This document shows, one piece after another, positions 30,401 to 50,327 of a DNA stretch of 64,000 bases. Within the stretch, counting starts at the first letter, position 1; every line of letters begins with the position of its first letter. A program made the position numbers and the translations under genes. The stretch is from Daphnia carinata (taxonomy: Eukaryota): assembly GCF_022539665.2 (NCBI RefSeq), contig NC_081332.1:4092001-4156000 (forward strand), in the 5' to 3' direction. The notes under the pieces were generated by a model. That model was not told where the DNA came from. It did not search any database and saw only the letters and a list, made by a program, of their open reading frames with translations.

Positions 30401-30855
30401 ACAGACCTCCTTTACCGACAGTGTTAAACATTAGTTTAGAATCGTTAATGGAAAATCTAACAGAACAGCTGAAGGATACTCAACTGACAGATGTCATATC
30501 AGCAGTTAACCGTCTCAGCCAAAATATTCCTGAAAGTTTCCTGGAAAATATTATTCAGAACAATAATTCGAACAGTGACACGTTTTTCGGACAACCTGTT
30601 AGTTTTGAAAGTGTAAAAGATGTGATTATCCCCCAAGAACAAACGTCAACAACGATGCCTACAACAGAAGCACATAACGTTCTTGAAAAAGATTTTTGGA
30701 AAACAAACAGACGAAATCCTTTCAAAACGTTACAGCGTGTGGCAGGTGCGGGTCGTGTTATCCCACCATCTATTGGCCTGTCTTGGCGGCGCACAATGAA
30801 ACCCGTCTCAAGTATTTTTCGTTCTTTCGCCAAACCTGCAGTTGTTCGTCTGTAG
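21494..30855 (+). CDS. Secreted GH18 chitinase-like (catalytically degenerate) domain fused to a giant acidic Ser/Thr mucin-like region, ~2,900 aa, about 10 exons
   Basis: Signal peptide MVCLRRLVGFTFILLVFKANG. GH18-like segments CTHIILSSA, FLRINKLKSFDIAWDL, KKIVVGL and LLKQYGFGGVALYDYYQ/DDFAGIC. A ~5.3-kb S/T/E/P-rich exon at 23987-29251. Confidence 0.8.
26160..28200 (+). repeat. Degenerate ~260-aa internal repeat, two clear copies (~26160-26960 and ~27410-28200)
   Basis: STDPSL...STEGSSLIADEFSGTSELP...IPIDMSDSFSGSFE...IFENE...EDGSGT versus STDPSL...STEGATLMSDEFSGASELP...IPFDMSVSFSGSFE...IFENE...DEGSGT. Confidence 0.85.
28111..28193 (+). repeat. 39-bp tandem duplication in coding sequence (EGSAENSILT[V/L]ED x2)
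   Basis: gaaggctctgctgaaaactcgatcttaactgtagaagac followed by gaaggctctgccgaaaactcgatcttaactcttgaagac. Confidence 0.95.
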
Positions 30856-32003
30856 GTTTGGTGGGTTTTCTGGCGCCAAGTACTAATATATTAAATCCAT
30901 TTCCTTTTTATTTCTATTCTGTTTTTCCGTTTTCTTCGTGCCAATCTTTGAATTTTTTTTATAACCGTTGCCTGATGGATTAAAATCAAAAGGGAAGAAT
31001 TTTACAGAGGATTACCCGATTTCAAACGTTACTTTAAACGGATGGTAGATTTAATTTTAGATGTAAAATAATCGAAAAATTCATGACTTGGTTAACTGTA
31101 TTGCAATGAATTCCTAAGCGTTTCTTTTTTCCCACTAATTTTAATCTATAAGGAAGTTTCTTTGTTTTTGTTTTTTTCACAATTGACAGTCGACCCAAAA
31201 ATCAAGTGTAGAGTTAAGCAGAAATAGTCCCGTTGGCCTCTTTTGAACGACATTGTTAATCTGTCTTGCGCAGGTTGCTATTGAATTGTTTCCTTTTCGA
31301 ATTGCCTTCTTCTTTTTCGTATCGCATTTCCTTATTTGCATCTGTTTGAATCAGCCCTTTGTCACATTTTTTTTTATGGTTTCTTAACAGTAATTAATTA
31401 CTTAACATGTAATGACAATCGTGAGAAGTGCATTTATTCCTGCTAGGAATTGCACTCTTATTAGATGGATGAGGTTCATCATTCCTGTTATCCGTCAAGA
31501 GGAAAAAGCAATCCAGCAGGAAAATAAAGAAACGAGGTCAACGGGACATTCTAAATTGCATTGTGGATCGTAATATTCTACACGGCAGTAAAACTTTTGT
31601 TTACTAAAATATTGGTTCAACACGTTTTCAGTCCTTAATGAATTGATTCATCCATCGGAAGTGCAAATTGAGATTTTCCTCTATTTTATTTTGGTAAAGT
31701 AACGGCTATTTTTATCGTGATTTTACCCAACCTTATTCATTTTATTAATCCGATCGGATTTGTTGATTATTACTAACCGTTGAATTGCTAGAGGCGCACA
31801 CTTGCTATCCGCGTACCGTTGGCAATTAACAAGTGTTTACCATCGCAAGTCGGAGGTAAAAACTGGACATGGCCCACGTTGGTTCTACAACCCGGTAAAA
31901 ATATCAAACACATTGCTGGTGGATCGGCCAGCCCCTTGGTTACGGTAGCTTCACGCTTGTCGTGAACGTGTTCGGGTACTTGACGACCTCCCGGACTACC
32001 AAC

Positions 32004-32167
32004 TATATAAGAAACCACGCATGCCCAGTCACCTTTATCAGTTCCATCTCGTATCTTCCAGCCAGCACTGCCATACGTTTACTGCAAGCATCTGACGGAG
32101 ACAAACGTAAACAACATCGAAATTTCATCCGACACCTGCATCAATTCATTCAATTCTGGAAAGAAAG
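32004..32167 (+). promoter_or_regulatory. TATA + Inr promoter with a non-coding first exon ending at a strong donor
   Basis: TATATAAG at 32004-32011, TCAGTT at 32038-32043, donor AAG|GTAAGC at 32167/32168. Confidence 0.6.
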
Positions 32168-33350
32168 GTAAGCCCAATTTTCTTTAATTATTTATTAAGT
32201 CGGTAGTTTTATTATTACCTTTCTTAGCGTAGTACCTCATTTGAATTGTTTTTAAACGATGTGGTAGCAGATCGTGTGGCTTCTATTTTTAGGAGTTGAA
32301 TTTGCCAAGAAAACGTTCTGTAAATTTCGTGTTGTCAGTGTGAAATTGTTTTGGTACAACCGCACTAGCGAGTCGCGTGCGTGTGTTTGCTTGTTTGTTG
32401 TTGTCCGTCAATTACCGTGCGCCTCAAATGGACATGGAGCTCCTCCTCTTTAGATTGTCGAGTTGCGACAACAATGCTGATATGTTATCTTCCTTCCGCG
32501 TGACCGGTAGCCTACCACCTGTTGTCAAACAGTCTTACATGCGTTCACGTTAGTGTAGCCTCATCATTTCAGGTTTCCTTGTTGCAATTACGATACCATA
32601 TATTTATAGATATCCGGTAGGAAAATGCTGTAAATTGAGCTCCGAATAATCCCGCTGATTACCCAATGCTTTTGTCTTTTGCAATTAGTTCTTTTTCCTG
32701 CTTGTCATATCGCGTGAGCATCTCGTTAGGTAAATAGTAGTGATTGATGAGGGATAGAAAGAACAGCTGCTTTTATTACAATTGAAGTTGTCTGCGTTAC
32801 TTAGCTTTCCTTCTCGTAATACCTTCGAGCGGAAAGACAATTTTGAGATGGATTACCTCCCCGTGTCACAGTAATAAAGTCCCCGGTTGAATTGCATTTG
32901 CAATTAGTTTGCCAACTCATGGATGTTTTTTTTTTTTTTTTTTCCCCATTCCTATTTTTGTTGAAAGCTATATAAGGAGAATAGCGTCGCGTAACGGCTA
33001 CGTTACTCTATTACAGTAGTGCACGACTGACAGAAACAAGAGACATTAACGACAGCTGTGGTTATTTTAATTATTTATACGATGTCTTCCTTCCTGTAAG
33101 TCGGAACAAAAAAAAAAGATTGTCGAAGCAACGGTATTCTTTGTCTTTGCGGGTCATTTACCCGACCAAGACATGTATTGCACTAGTGAGTGCAGCACGC
33201 ACATGTCGTGTGATGGGACGGACATAAAAAGCCAGGCTTGTTGAGAAACCAGCATCAGTCGACAAGTTGCTTTCATACAGTGAATACAGTAGTCGTTTCG
33301 ATACTGATAGCATTAAAGAAAATTCCCCTTTTAATTATTCAGAATTTGTA

Positions 33351-34522
33351 ATGGCCGTCTACGAAAAAATCGCGATAGTTTTGTTGTTGACAGTGTCGAT
33401 GATTGTGGCCAACCAGCAAGAGTTCATTCAGAGCCCTCAACCTTATCGATCAGTTGATCGTCAAGACAAGTTCAACGGTAACTACAATGAAGCTATGGAC
33501 AATTTAAGTTCTGGCAATGCCAAGCGGCTCCGCGGATCGGCTCCATCCGATCCGGAGGGCCCAACTAGCGACACTCATTCCAGTTACCGTAGCCAAAGTA
33601 ACCAAGCTCGTCAATATCCATCAGCTTCTAGCCGACAATACGAAGTCCCATCAGTAGATTACGATATCAATCGTAATGGTGATCCGGCTTATTATAGCGA
33701 ACCCAGTACATTTGTTCAAACTCCCGCTAGTAAGTAAAAAACAAATATTTTAAAAATGTAACCATCCGAAATGGAATAACTAACGTCGAGGATAAATAGA
33801 TCGCAAGACATTTGCAGCCGGCAAATCCAGTAATTTAGCTTTGGTGGTATCTCCCTTGGCCGGCATTGCTTTCGTTGCTGCTGCGGCCGCAGTGGCCATC
33901 AGCCCGGTCTACTTGACATTATCCTCGTCATTGTTGTCTGGTCGTAAGAAACGCGATCTTGCTTCCATGATGGATGCAACTATGGCTGACAAGATCACAC
34001 CCGAAATGATGCAAAAAATTCAAGAGCTCCAGGTATCCTAGTTTTTTTTCCCGTTTGGCAAGTCACGTATTCCCGCAACTCATTCCTTTGTGCGCATTTT
34101 TTGGCGTACGTACATGTGCGAATAGACGCTGGAGAAATTTTTGGCTTCAATCCCAAAAGAGACCGACTATCAGCAACAGATCATGTCGATGTACCTCTCT
34201 TGCTCCGGTTACACTCGCGAAGGCAACGTTTGCCTCGATCGCATTTTCTGCGAATACGGCAATGCCGAGTCGAAGATTTCCGAAGAAGAACGTGACGTCC
34301 TATCCATGTAGATATTCCAAAGCATCAAATGGATCTTTACATTTTTAACTAACACATTTTTTTTTTTAATCGATCAGCGTGCTATACAACATTATGTCCA
34401 ACACGTTTATCCCGATCGAGTACAAGCAACGATTGAGGTCGGCCGCACGCATTGGTCGTGATTTCCAGCAATGCAACAGATACGACTGTCCCGCTCTGAG
34501 CGATGCTACTTCTAGTTACTAA
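33351..34522 (+). CDS. Secreted protein with Ala-rich hydrophobic segment, RKKR furin site and C-terminal Cys domain (DM4/DM12-like), paralog 1
   Basis: Signal peptide MAVYEKIAIVLLLTVSMIVA. VSPLAGIAFVAAAAAVAISPVYL..SGRKKRD, then YLSCSG..CLDRIFCEY..AARIGRDFQQCNRYDCP. Four coding exons. Confidence 0.8.
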
Positions 34523-34837
34523 AAACAACGGACTATTTTTTCTTTCTCGTTTTTAATCTTAATCTCGGCGAAAAGGACAACGGCAACACAATTGGGAAAT
34601 CACGCAATTCGCAATAATGCATCACGATATTAACTAATAATTTAAATTAAGCTCTTCATCATGAAAATCAAACAATTTATCTGAACTGCTATTCGTTAAC
34701 GACTTTGTTCTTTAGGTTTCAAATACACTCGTTATTCCTTAAGTTTTTAACTTTGTATTATTTTTTAAGCTTTCTATCAATTTCTAAGTGAATAAAGTTT
34801 AATTTTTAATCTTTTTTCTTTAGAATTTTGAGCTACC

Positions 34838-35914
34838 ATGATTTCTTCGCACATGATCGTCTTGATGATTGTAATGGCCATGGTGGCCGTGAACGCCGAG
34901 AGCTTCTTTTCACGACGCCGTAACGCCCAGCAACCGTTCCAGCGTTTCAATACCAACTCGAATTTCCGACAGCGACTCGGCACTCAAGTAAATTGACTTT
35001 AGAACCGTTACAAAACTATTGTTCTATACATGGGTTCTATTTATCTAAAACAAGGGTGCCAACAACTACCCTTTGGCAAGCCCTCTGCAACAACCTCAAA
35101 GCACCGGTAGCAACCGTGACCTGGCTACGACAAACTACGCGGGAACTGCAGCTTACGGTATTTTAGCACTAGTGTAAATTAAAACGATTGAAAATGACAA
35201 TGAATATGTGGTTAAAAAAATAAAAGATGGCCACACAAGCAATTATGGAACTGGTTACGAAAACCGTGATGGCACTATCAATCCGCTAACGGCCCTTGTG
35301 GCCCCTCTGGCTGCCTTGGCGCTGTTGGGTGCCGCTGGAGCCGTTGCTAGCAATCCGGTGCTGATGACCCTAGCCGTTTTGTCTAGTGGCCGTAAGCGTC
35401 GAGCTGTCGATATGGAAAAGATCGGGCGAGATGACCTCACTGCTGAATTACAATCCAAATTGCAAGAAATGGAGGTAATCAAAGATTCATTATGACTAGT
35501 AATCCAGCATGCTTAAGTTGTTTTGTTATTACTTAGACGTTGGAAAAGTACATTGTTCAGGTACCTGAACAGGAGAAGCAACAAAAGAAGCTTATGGCAA
35601 CCTATCTTTCTTGTTCTGGGTTCACTGAATCCAGCAATTCGTGCTTGGATCGAGTCGTTTGTGACTATTCGATTCGACCAGGCAAAATGACCGTTCTTGA
35701 GCAGGACGTCATTTCCATGTAAGTTTCCTTTGAATTTCGAATGGAATTCTTTCATTTGGATGCTCATTCTATTTTTGTTTGACATAGTATTTTGTACAAC
35801 ATCATGTCCAATGGCTACGTTTCTCAAGAATATAAAGAACGTCTACGAACAGCAGCCCAGTACGGCCGTTCTCGAGGACAATGTAGTGCCTTCATATGCG
35901 ATCAACTCCATTAA
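34838..35914 (+). CDS. DM4/DM12-like secreted protein, paralog 2
   Basis: Signal peptide MISSHMIVLMIVMAMVAVNA. APLAALALLGAAGAVASNPVL..SGRKRR, then YLSCSG..CLDRVVCDY..AAQYGRSRGQCSAFIC. The C-terminal intron positions match paralog 1. Confidence 0.8.
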
Positions 35915-36762
35915 AAAAAAAGAAATCGATAGCTTATTATTCCGTCATTATTTGATAACAAAAAAAAAAGACAATTTTCTGTAGCGAATTTGTTATGCAC
36001 AATTTAACCTATTAGACTGCAGTGATGTACATGCGTGTCATTGTAACACACTTTAGTTATCTCACTTACTGAAATTCAACAATCGAAATGTACATATACT
36101 TTCAACGCACAAACGTAACCAATTTGTTGTTAAGATTTAGAAACCTTCTTGCTAATTCCATTGTTACTGCAAAAGTTCCACACTTTGTTATTAGACAACA
36201 TTAATACACGTATCCAGTTGCATCCGAATCCCTAGTTTTCACCTACATTTCTATTACTTCCCACGGTTTATCTAACAACATTCCTCAAGGTGTCACACCA
36301 TGCAAAACCCTGAAACCAGTAGTAACTGTAGCTCACAGCTTCCGTATCGCATTCTTACTTGCTTCGGTGAACATCTTTCAGCAATCTCTCGGCAATTTAC
36401 GGCTTCAATTACCAAAAAGAAAAAAACGCTGTTCCGTTTTCTTTCCTCTCTCATTGTTGTTAATCATCGGATCGCACGTTCTAGATTCTCAATCAACGAG
36501 GTAGCCGTTAATAACAATTGAAATTTTAAACCCTACCGTAGCTTTTCTTGCTTGTTTCTTTCATTTTACGTGACACAGCATTCGCCCTGACCGCTACAAG
36601 CACTGGACCGAATCCAGTTCTTCTTATAGTCTAATTCTTTTTCGAATTCAGTGTTTGGTGAACTTGATCCATTCACTAATCTGCAGCTAGAATGTTAAAA
36701 GCGTATAAATACTTGACTGCAATGTCATGTCGCGTTCAGACTGACATACTCTTCAGCAAGAA

Positions 36763-38680
36763 ATGGTTATCGAAAACCAGCAAGTAAGTTTTTTTCTGAT
36801 TATGGAATACAGTTTCGTTCGTAAGACATCGTACAGCATAACAAATGCTCATTTTTGTAGGGACGTCGACGACGTCAATTTTTGGTGCTTTGGACTCTTT
36901 TCTGTTTGGCTCTAGAATGTGAGAATATCGACGCTCTCGGATTATCGAGAAATCCATTGTTCAACGGCATGTTGAATAGGAGAAACGCAAGTAATATAAT
37001 ATTTACGAATCGAATTTTTTAAATTCACAGCTCTTGTGAGAAAAGAGAGATTCAACTTTTTAAATTGGTCAGTTCCAACTGCGAGTATCGGCAACCTGCA
37101 TCACAACCAACAGCTTTTTAAACATCAGCAAAATTACCACCAGTTGTTACATCAGAACAATCAGCCACTAGTTCCGGCTGCTTCGTCCCCACCAGTAGCA
37201 GCAGCAAGTAGTTTAACTAATCACGGTAAATCACTGTCTCTAAATCTAGCATTTTACATTAATCAAATTGATGTATTTCACCTGCAGTTGATCCTTATAT
37301 AAGTGGGTCTAATTCTTTGGACAAAGCAGTTCCTGAAAATCCCGAATTAGATCAAATTGCAGCTGACGTCCAGGCTGAACAGAAGTCGAATAACTTGGCC
37401 GCTTCAGCATCCAGTACAAGGTTTGGATCTGTTATATAAGCCTATCATTGGATATAGATTGGAATGATATTGAATTATGAGTCATGTCTGTTGTAAAAAA
37501 TAACCTGCAGCTATACTTCCGCCGTCAGTGGAGGCTACGGGGCAGACACTGGTAGTTCGCTTGGAAGCTATGGATCCGGTGGCTCGGTCGGAAGCTATGG
37601 AAGTGGATCAGTTAGTTCCGGCGGAGGATATGGAGGAGGATCTGGCGGCGCAGGCGCAGTATACGGAAGTTCATCTGTCGGAGCAATCGGAAGCTATGAT
37701 TCAACAGGATCTATTGGAAGTTATGGATCAAGCGGAAGCTATGGAGGAAGCACCGCTGGAGTTGGTTCAACTTACGGTGGACTCACAGGCGGCAGCTACG
37801 GAGGATCTACAGGAGCAAGTAGTTTCGGAGCAGGATCTACTGGACTAAGCAGTTACGGAACAGGATCCACTGGAACAGGTAGTTTCGGTTCAGGTGGAAG
37901 CAGTTATAATTTTGGTGGCAGCTCAGGCAGTAGCTACGGCCTGAACAGTGGATCTTCATCATACAGTGTACCACCATATGGCGGTGGAACTCCATCCTAC
38001 TCCGTAATAGTTCTAAAACATGAGTTGCGGAATGTTATAAACATCTTATTCCTGTCTAGGTATCTTATCCAGCTCAACAGGGAGCCACAAAAGCAGACAC
38101 TATTCATCTTCTAAGTTCGCTTGCACCTTCCCTTTTGCTCAGTTCATTGTTGATACCCCTAGCTCTGGCTTTATTGACCAACACTACCAGTTCGCTAATT
38201 GGAAGAAAGAAACGTGATCTGTATAATGATTATGATGATGACTTGCAGTTTTCGTTGAGCGGAGATATTTTAGACGCTGACATTACGTTATTGGACGCCC
38301 ATTTTTTCCCAACAATGGATGCCATGCTAGAGTCTTACTCACCTGACGATGGCGAGAGACTAGCTGACTTTGTGCGTCAGTGGGGCTTGCTTGACACTCA
38401 AAATCCTTGTCTAGAGAAGTTGGCGTGTCTGGCTGCGACCACTAATAGCAAGTTTAAACGATATGACAATCTGAAAAAGTATTTTTAAATTTTCGTAAAT
38501 ATCTGTACTTAAATGACAGTCTGGTTTCCCCTTTACAGAGCTATACGGCTGCTGGAGAAAACTGTAGATCCAGGTATAAAGAAACGTTTACAAGATGGAT
38601 CTTCCGTGGGTGCAACCAAAGAACGAAACTGCTTGACCACATTCATTTGCAAAAGCACGAAATCGGATGTTCCGTCTTAA
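36763..38680 (+). CDS. Gly/Ser/Tyr-rich (GSYG repeats) secreted, probably cuticular, protein with RKKR site and DM4/DM12-like Cys domain, paralog 3
   Basis: TATAAA at 36704. MVIENQQ / GRRRRQFLVLWTLFCLALEC signal peptide. GSYG-rich exon at ~37511-38003. LLSSLLIPLALALL..IGRKKRD, then CLEKLACL..NCLTTFIC. Confidence 0.75.
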
Positions 38681-39258
38681 ACGCCAGCGTTTAAAACGTC
38701 CGAATTCTCTATGAAAATATTTATTGAATGTGAAATTTTAATTAAATTCATTTACCTATTATTATACGTCAAATACACACCTGGTTGTTTGATTTGATAT
38801 GCTTTTGTGGCGAATATGGCGATTAAAAACATTCGGAGAACGATCGCAGCAAACCAAAAAAGATGCTGTTTAGCCTTTCCTGAGTAGTTAGACAGTTAAG
38901 TCTTTTGCAAGCAGTTGATGTGGTTGGTTTTGTTTCTTTGCAATGGCATGGAAATAGTAAATGTAAAGATCGACTGATAATGTGGGGAAAACCAGAGTGA
39001 AAAAATTTTATATTTGACTTAACAAGTTACCAGTGACGAGTAATGAAACTGGTTCTAATCCACTTTCCATCTTTGGTGAGTTTCATACGTAGTTAATAGA
39101 CTTAGAAGTACTTCGTTGTGTTAAACATAGTTCTTCAGTGGCGTCATAAAATTATTTTTGTGGTCTTATTTCCCTTTAGAAGAGTCGCTTCGTCCAATGA
39201 ATAGATCACTCCATGATCTTTTCTCTTGCAACTATTTGTGCAACAGTAAAGCAGAAAG

Positions 39259-39541
39259 ATGACGCCTTTTGATGACTTCATGTTCCTGATCAACTCAATT
39301 CTTCTTGGAGAAGAACCAGTAAGTATATAGAAAAATAATAAGTAGATGTATTGATGCTGATTGCAGTTTTTCTCAGACCATTGAAGATTTCATTCTCCTA
39401 GTTGGCACATTTGTGGCATTTGTAGCATTTGTGTTATGGTGCTGTTTCCCAATAGCTCCAAAAGAAATGGGAACACCTCCTGGTTTGTATGAAAATCGTT
39501 ACACTCAATATCGAAGAGCAGATGGGACTGATACAGATTAA
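39259..39541 (+). CDS. 74-aa single-pass membrane microprotein (coding exons 39259-39318 and 39377-39541)
   Basis: MTPFDDFMFLINSILLGEEP / TIEDFILLVGTFVAFVAFVLWCCFPIAPKEMGTPPGLYENRYTQYRRADGTDTD*. Phase-0 GTAAGT...CAG intron of 58 bp. Probable upstream UTR intron near 39076-39178. Confidence 0.65.
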
Positions 39542-41078
39542 AAAATAGTTTTGAATCAGGTCTGAACCTATTGTATCTCTTCATGGTTCCTTTAACCAAA
39601 AGAGCTGTGTTGTTCCAACATTTTCTTGAGTTTTTACCAGTCTTATGCTGTAAAAAATTTTCCTCATTAATGTTCTTGTGCCTTTTTGTCTCATCTGTTT
39701 TCATGTTTTTTAAGCTGGTTGCAGTATCAGCTTGAAGCTTTTTTTAGCGCCTGATCTGCCACAGTGGTACACATAAAATCTGAATATCCATGCATTTACA
39801 TGTCCTATAGTATCTCAAATTTTAATGATCTCATCAGTCATATTTTAGTCTTCACAGGTGCTAGTCAGTTATAATTGTCTTTAGCCGTGTTCTTGCCTCG
39901 ATGTTTAATGTGAAACTCGTGACAATAACTATTGTTTTTTTGGTTGTGTTCGTTGTCATTTGGCACCATGGAATACTGTCGTCGTACTTTGTCTCTTCCT
40001 TATCGTGCAAGTTCTCTCTTATATGTACGCACATGTTGAGGTTTTATGTTGATTGGATTTTTGCCAAAATCACATTTCAGTTGAAAGCATTACATACTTA
40101 TCCGCTGTATGTCGCTGGAGAGTGAGTTTTCTATTTTAGTCCCCATACCACAGACCTTGTCCTTTCGTTCAGTAAGTAACGATGGAGCCAAACACGAGTT
40201 GCTTGAAACAGCTCCAACTTTTGCGTTACAAGTTGGATAGGGTAAAACCATTCAGTCTTGTTGTTTTGTCGTGGTAAGTCTCATTTTGCAAGAGACAAAA
40301 CGACAGGGAAAAAGTAACGCGCAAATGCAGAGGCAGCTCAGCACTTCTTTTCACGGGGGATCGGAGGAAGACCGACAGCTAGTGATTCTCTTGCCGAGGC
40401 ATCCACTTGGACATCGTATGATTCATCCAGGAAGAGGTAACATGTGGCAACTTACTGGCAACGTAAATCATTAATCGTAGTGTAGACAATAGCATTTAGA
40501 AAAACAACGCAAGGAGGGATTATTTTTAAAGTATTTTTGCATAAAGCTTATGGCTTTGAATTTCTCAAGCAATTGTTCTATTTAAAACCAAAATTAAAAC
40601 AAACTGTTCGCTCTATACGCTACGTATCGATCGAGCAGCAATCGATGTATAACGAAAGCGCATGCTTGAAACATGAAATAGGACTATAGGAGCGCGTATG
40701 TGGGCGTCAAAAGCATAGCCTAGTCTCGGCTTTTAAATTTTGGGGGAACGATACCCTGAAAGCTAGAGGTGGTTTTCACTTTTCAAGAATACGAGTAAAT
40801 GGTCGTTGGTGCTCCTGTACTCGTACTTCATGCTTGGAAGTTGGCATTGGAGCGGCTGACGATATTAGATTCTGACCCGCCCACATCCCGCCCACTCTGT
40901 TCGTTGACCTCCTAGCGGAGCGATTGCGAGAAACTTTGCATTTAGGCGCGCGGGTTCCCACAGTGGTGATCAGTGAGCACATTTATCTGCGTTCGGTTAC
41001 ATCATCGCCTGTTGACAGTTCGCTTGATACGTTAAGCTTTCCTAGTTCTTTATTAAATTCAACAGTTAGCCACGTAAC

Positions 41079-44105
<3,027 letters not shown>

Positions 44106-45816
44106 TGCAAAAGCCCTTAGGCGTATTTTCAAAGAAAACTAGGCCAATTTTCCATTTTAAAAACAACAAAATATTATAGGAGACAGATCTGTTCATTGAT
44201 CTGTGCAACGAGAGTGGGTTTTCCATTCATCGCTTTCTCTTCTCGCTAAATGATATAGATCTTTCTATTCTAAAAGTATAGTATCTCACACTGTGTGTGG
44301 GGACTAGTTGTGACAACTTGTTGTAATTTGTCTTAAATTCTTCAAACCTTGCGGATATATATTTATATTTTTCGCTTTCAAAAATGAACTGGAAGTTACT
44401 TAACGAGTCTCTGATGAATTAATTCTTTGCAAAGCCCTTCACTATAAAAAAATATATATTCCTCTGAAGTCCCTAATGAGCTACAGGGAAGTACTGTACC
44501 AAGCGAAGCTTTGAGAAATCGGGACGAATTTGTAACGACCACTGTTGTCTTCGAGTTTTTCATCTCTTTTTGCTGCTCTTACTCAGATCACTGTCTTCTT
44601 GAGAAAACATGATAAATCCAATGTGAACTTTACTTTTTGTGTATTTTTTTAAATAATCTCAACCATTAGAGCATGGCAACCTTAACGTAGTCAACCTCAA
44701 TGAAATAATAACACTGTAGATCTATTGGCTTGGTTTATGGATAAAACTGCTGCTTCAGAAAACGATGATAAAAAACCATTATGATAAAGTAGTAGGAAGT
44801 CAGTAGTATTTTTACTTACGCTTTTGGAGACAAGCGCGAAAAAAATTAAGCGTAGCTTTGCATGCAGTCGATGCGTGGTCAAATATCGTCTGCACGAAAC
44901 TAGTGTTTTTAAATTGGTGTTAACACACCGGTTTTTGCCAATTAAAAATAAGAAATGAAGATTCATAATTTGTCCCAATTACGCCGAAAGATTTATGATA
45001 TTTTAATATAGTAATATATAATTTTCATCGTAGTTTTAAACTATTGAAGCAATCAATGAATTTAGAGTTTATTTTAGTCATAACCACTGCCTCCCGGATC
45101 CCGCCTGAAAGTCACCTTGAAACAGAGGTGACTTGTCTGCAAAGTCTGCTATAAACTAAATACGACACTATTAAAGATAGGCCACATTCCATGTTGTGTT
45201 TTTGCTACGCCATCTGCACTTGAGAAACAACATGGAGCTAGCTTTCCGTCCTTTACCATGGAAAATCCAGTGCCTTCACTAGTGGCACACCAGAAAAATA
45301 ATTCTGGTTCTGCGCGGTGAGTCCGATCTATACTTTACCTAGATCTATGTTCTAGGATTTTATTCAGTCGCTAGCCCAACATTTGCCCGCTGCAGGACTG
45401 CAAGGACTACTGGGTGTATGGTTGTGGTAAGATCTAGTCCCATTTACGTGACGTGAGTGGAATTCATCAAGTCTTCACCCATCATTTCTTCAAGCGGATT
45501 TATTAAAAAATCAGGTGAGAAAGTCATTTCAGTTCGGCAGATTTGAGATGTTGGTTGACGTTATCGAGACTGAGCAATTCAATGTCTTTGCTGGTAAGGC
45601 TGCCCTTCATACAAAACCGTGTGATGAATTTTTGCCTTGTCCCGCAAGCTAAGTATTTTTTTTTTCTCTTGTCTATTTATTTAATAGTTTGTTCCTTTCA
45701 GAAACTGTATTTGTACTTTATAAGTAGGGTAACATTCAAAGGTAGTGGACAGCTTTGTGCATAAATAAATCTTTTCCAAATTTTCTCATACAGACGAAGT
45801 ATATATTCCATCAGCA

Positions 45817-50327
<4,511 letters not shown>

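Noticed and set aside
34033..34125. GTATCCTA donor resembling a U12-type intron
   Set aside because: It deviates from GTATCCTT, has no TTCCTTAAC branch point, and the paralogous intron is ordinary U2-type.
37528..37848. 106-aa ORF MEATGQTLVVRLEAM...
   Set aside because: It is an alternate frame of the GSYG-rich exon. Splice phases support the Gly/Ser/Tyr frame.
1..38680. CYP4 + ABCA + GH18-like + cuticle-like genes as a 'cuticle barrier' cluster
   Set aside because: The sequence gives no evidence of substrate or co-regulation, and adjacency alone is insufficient.
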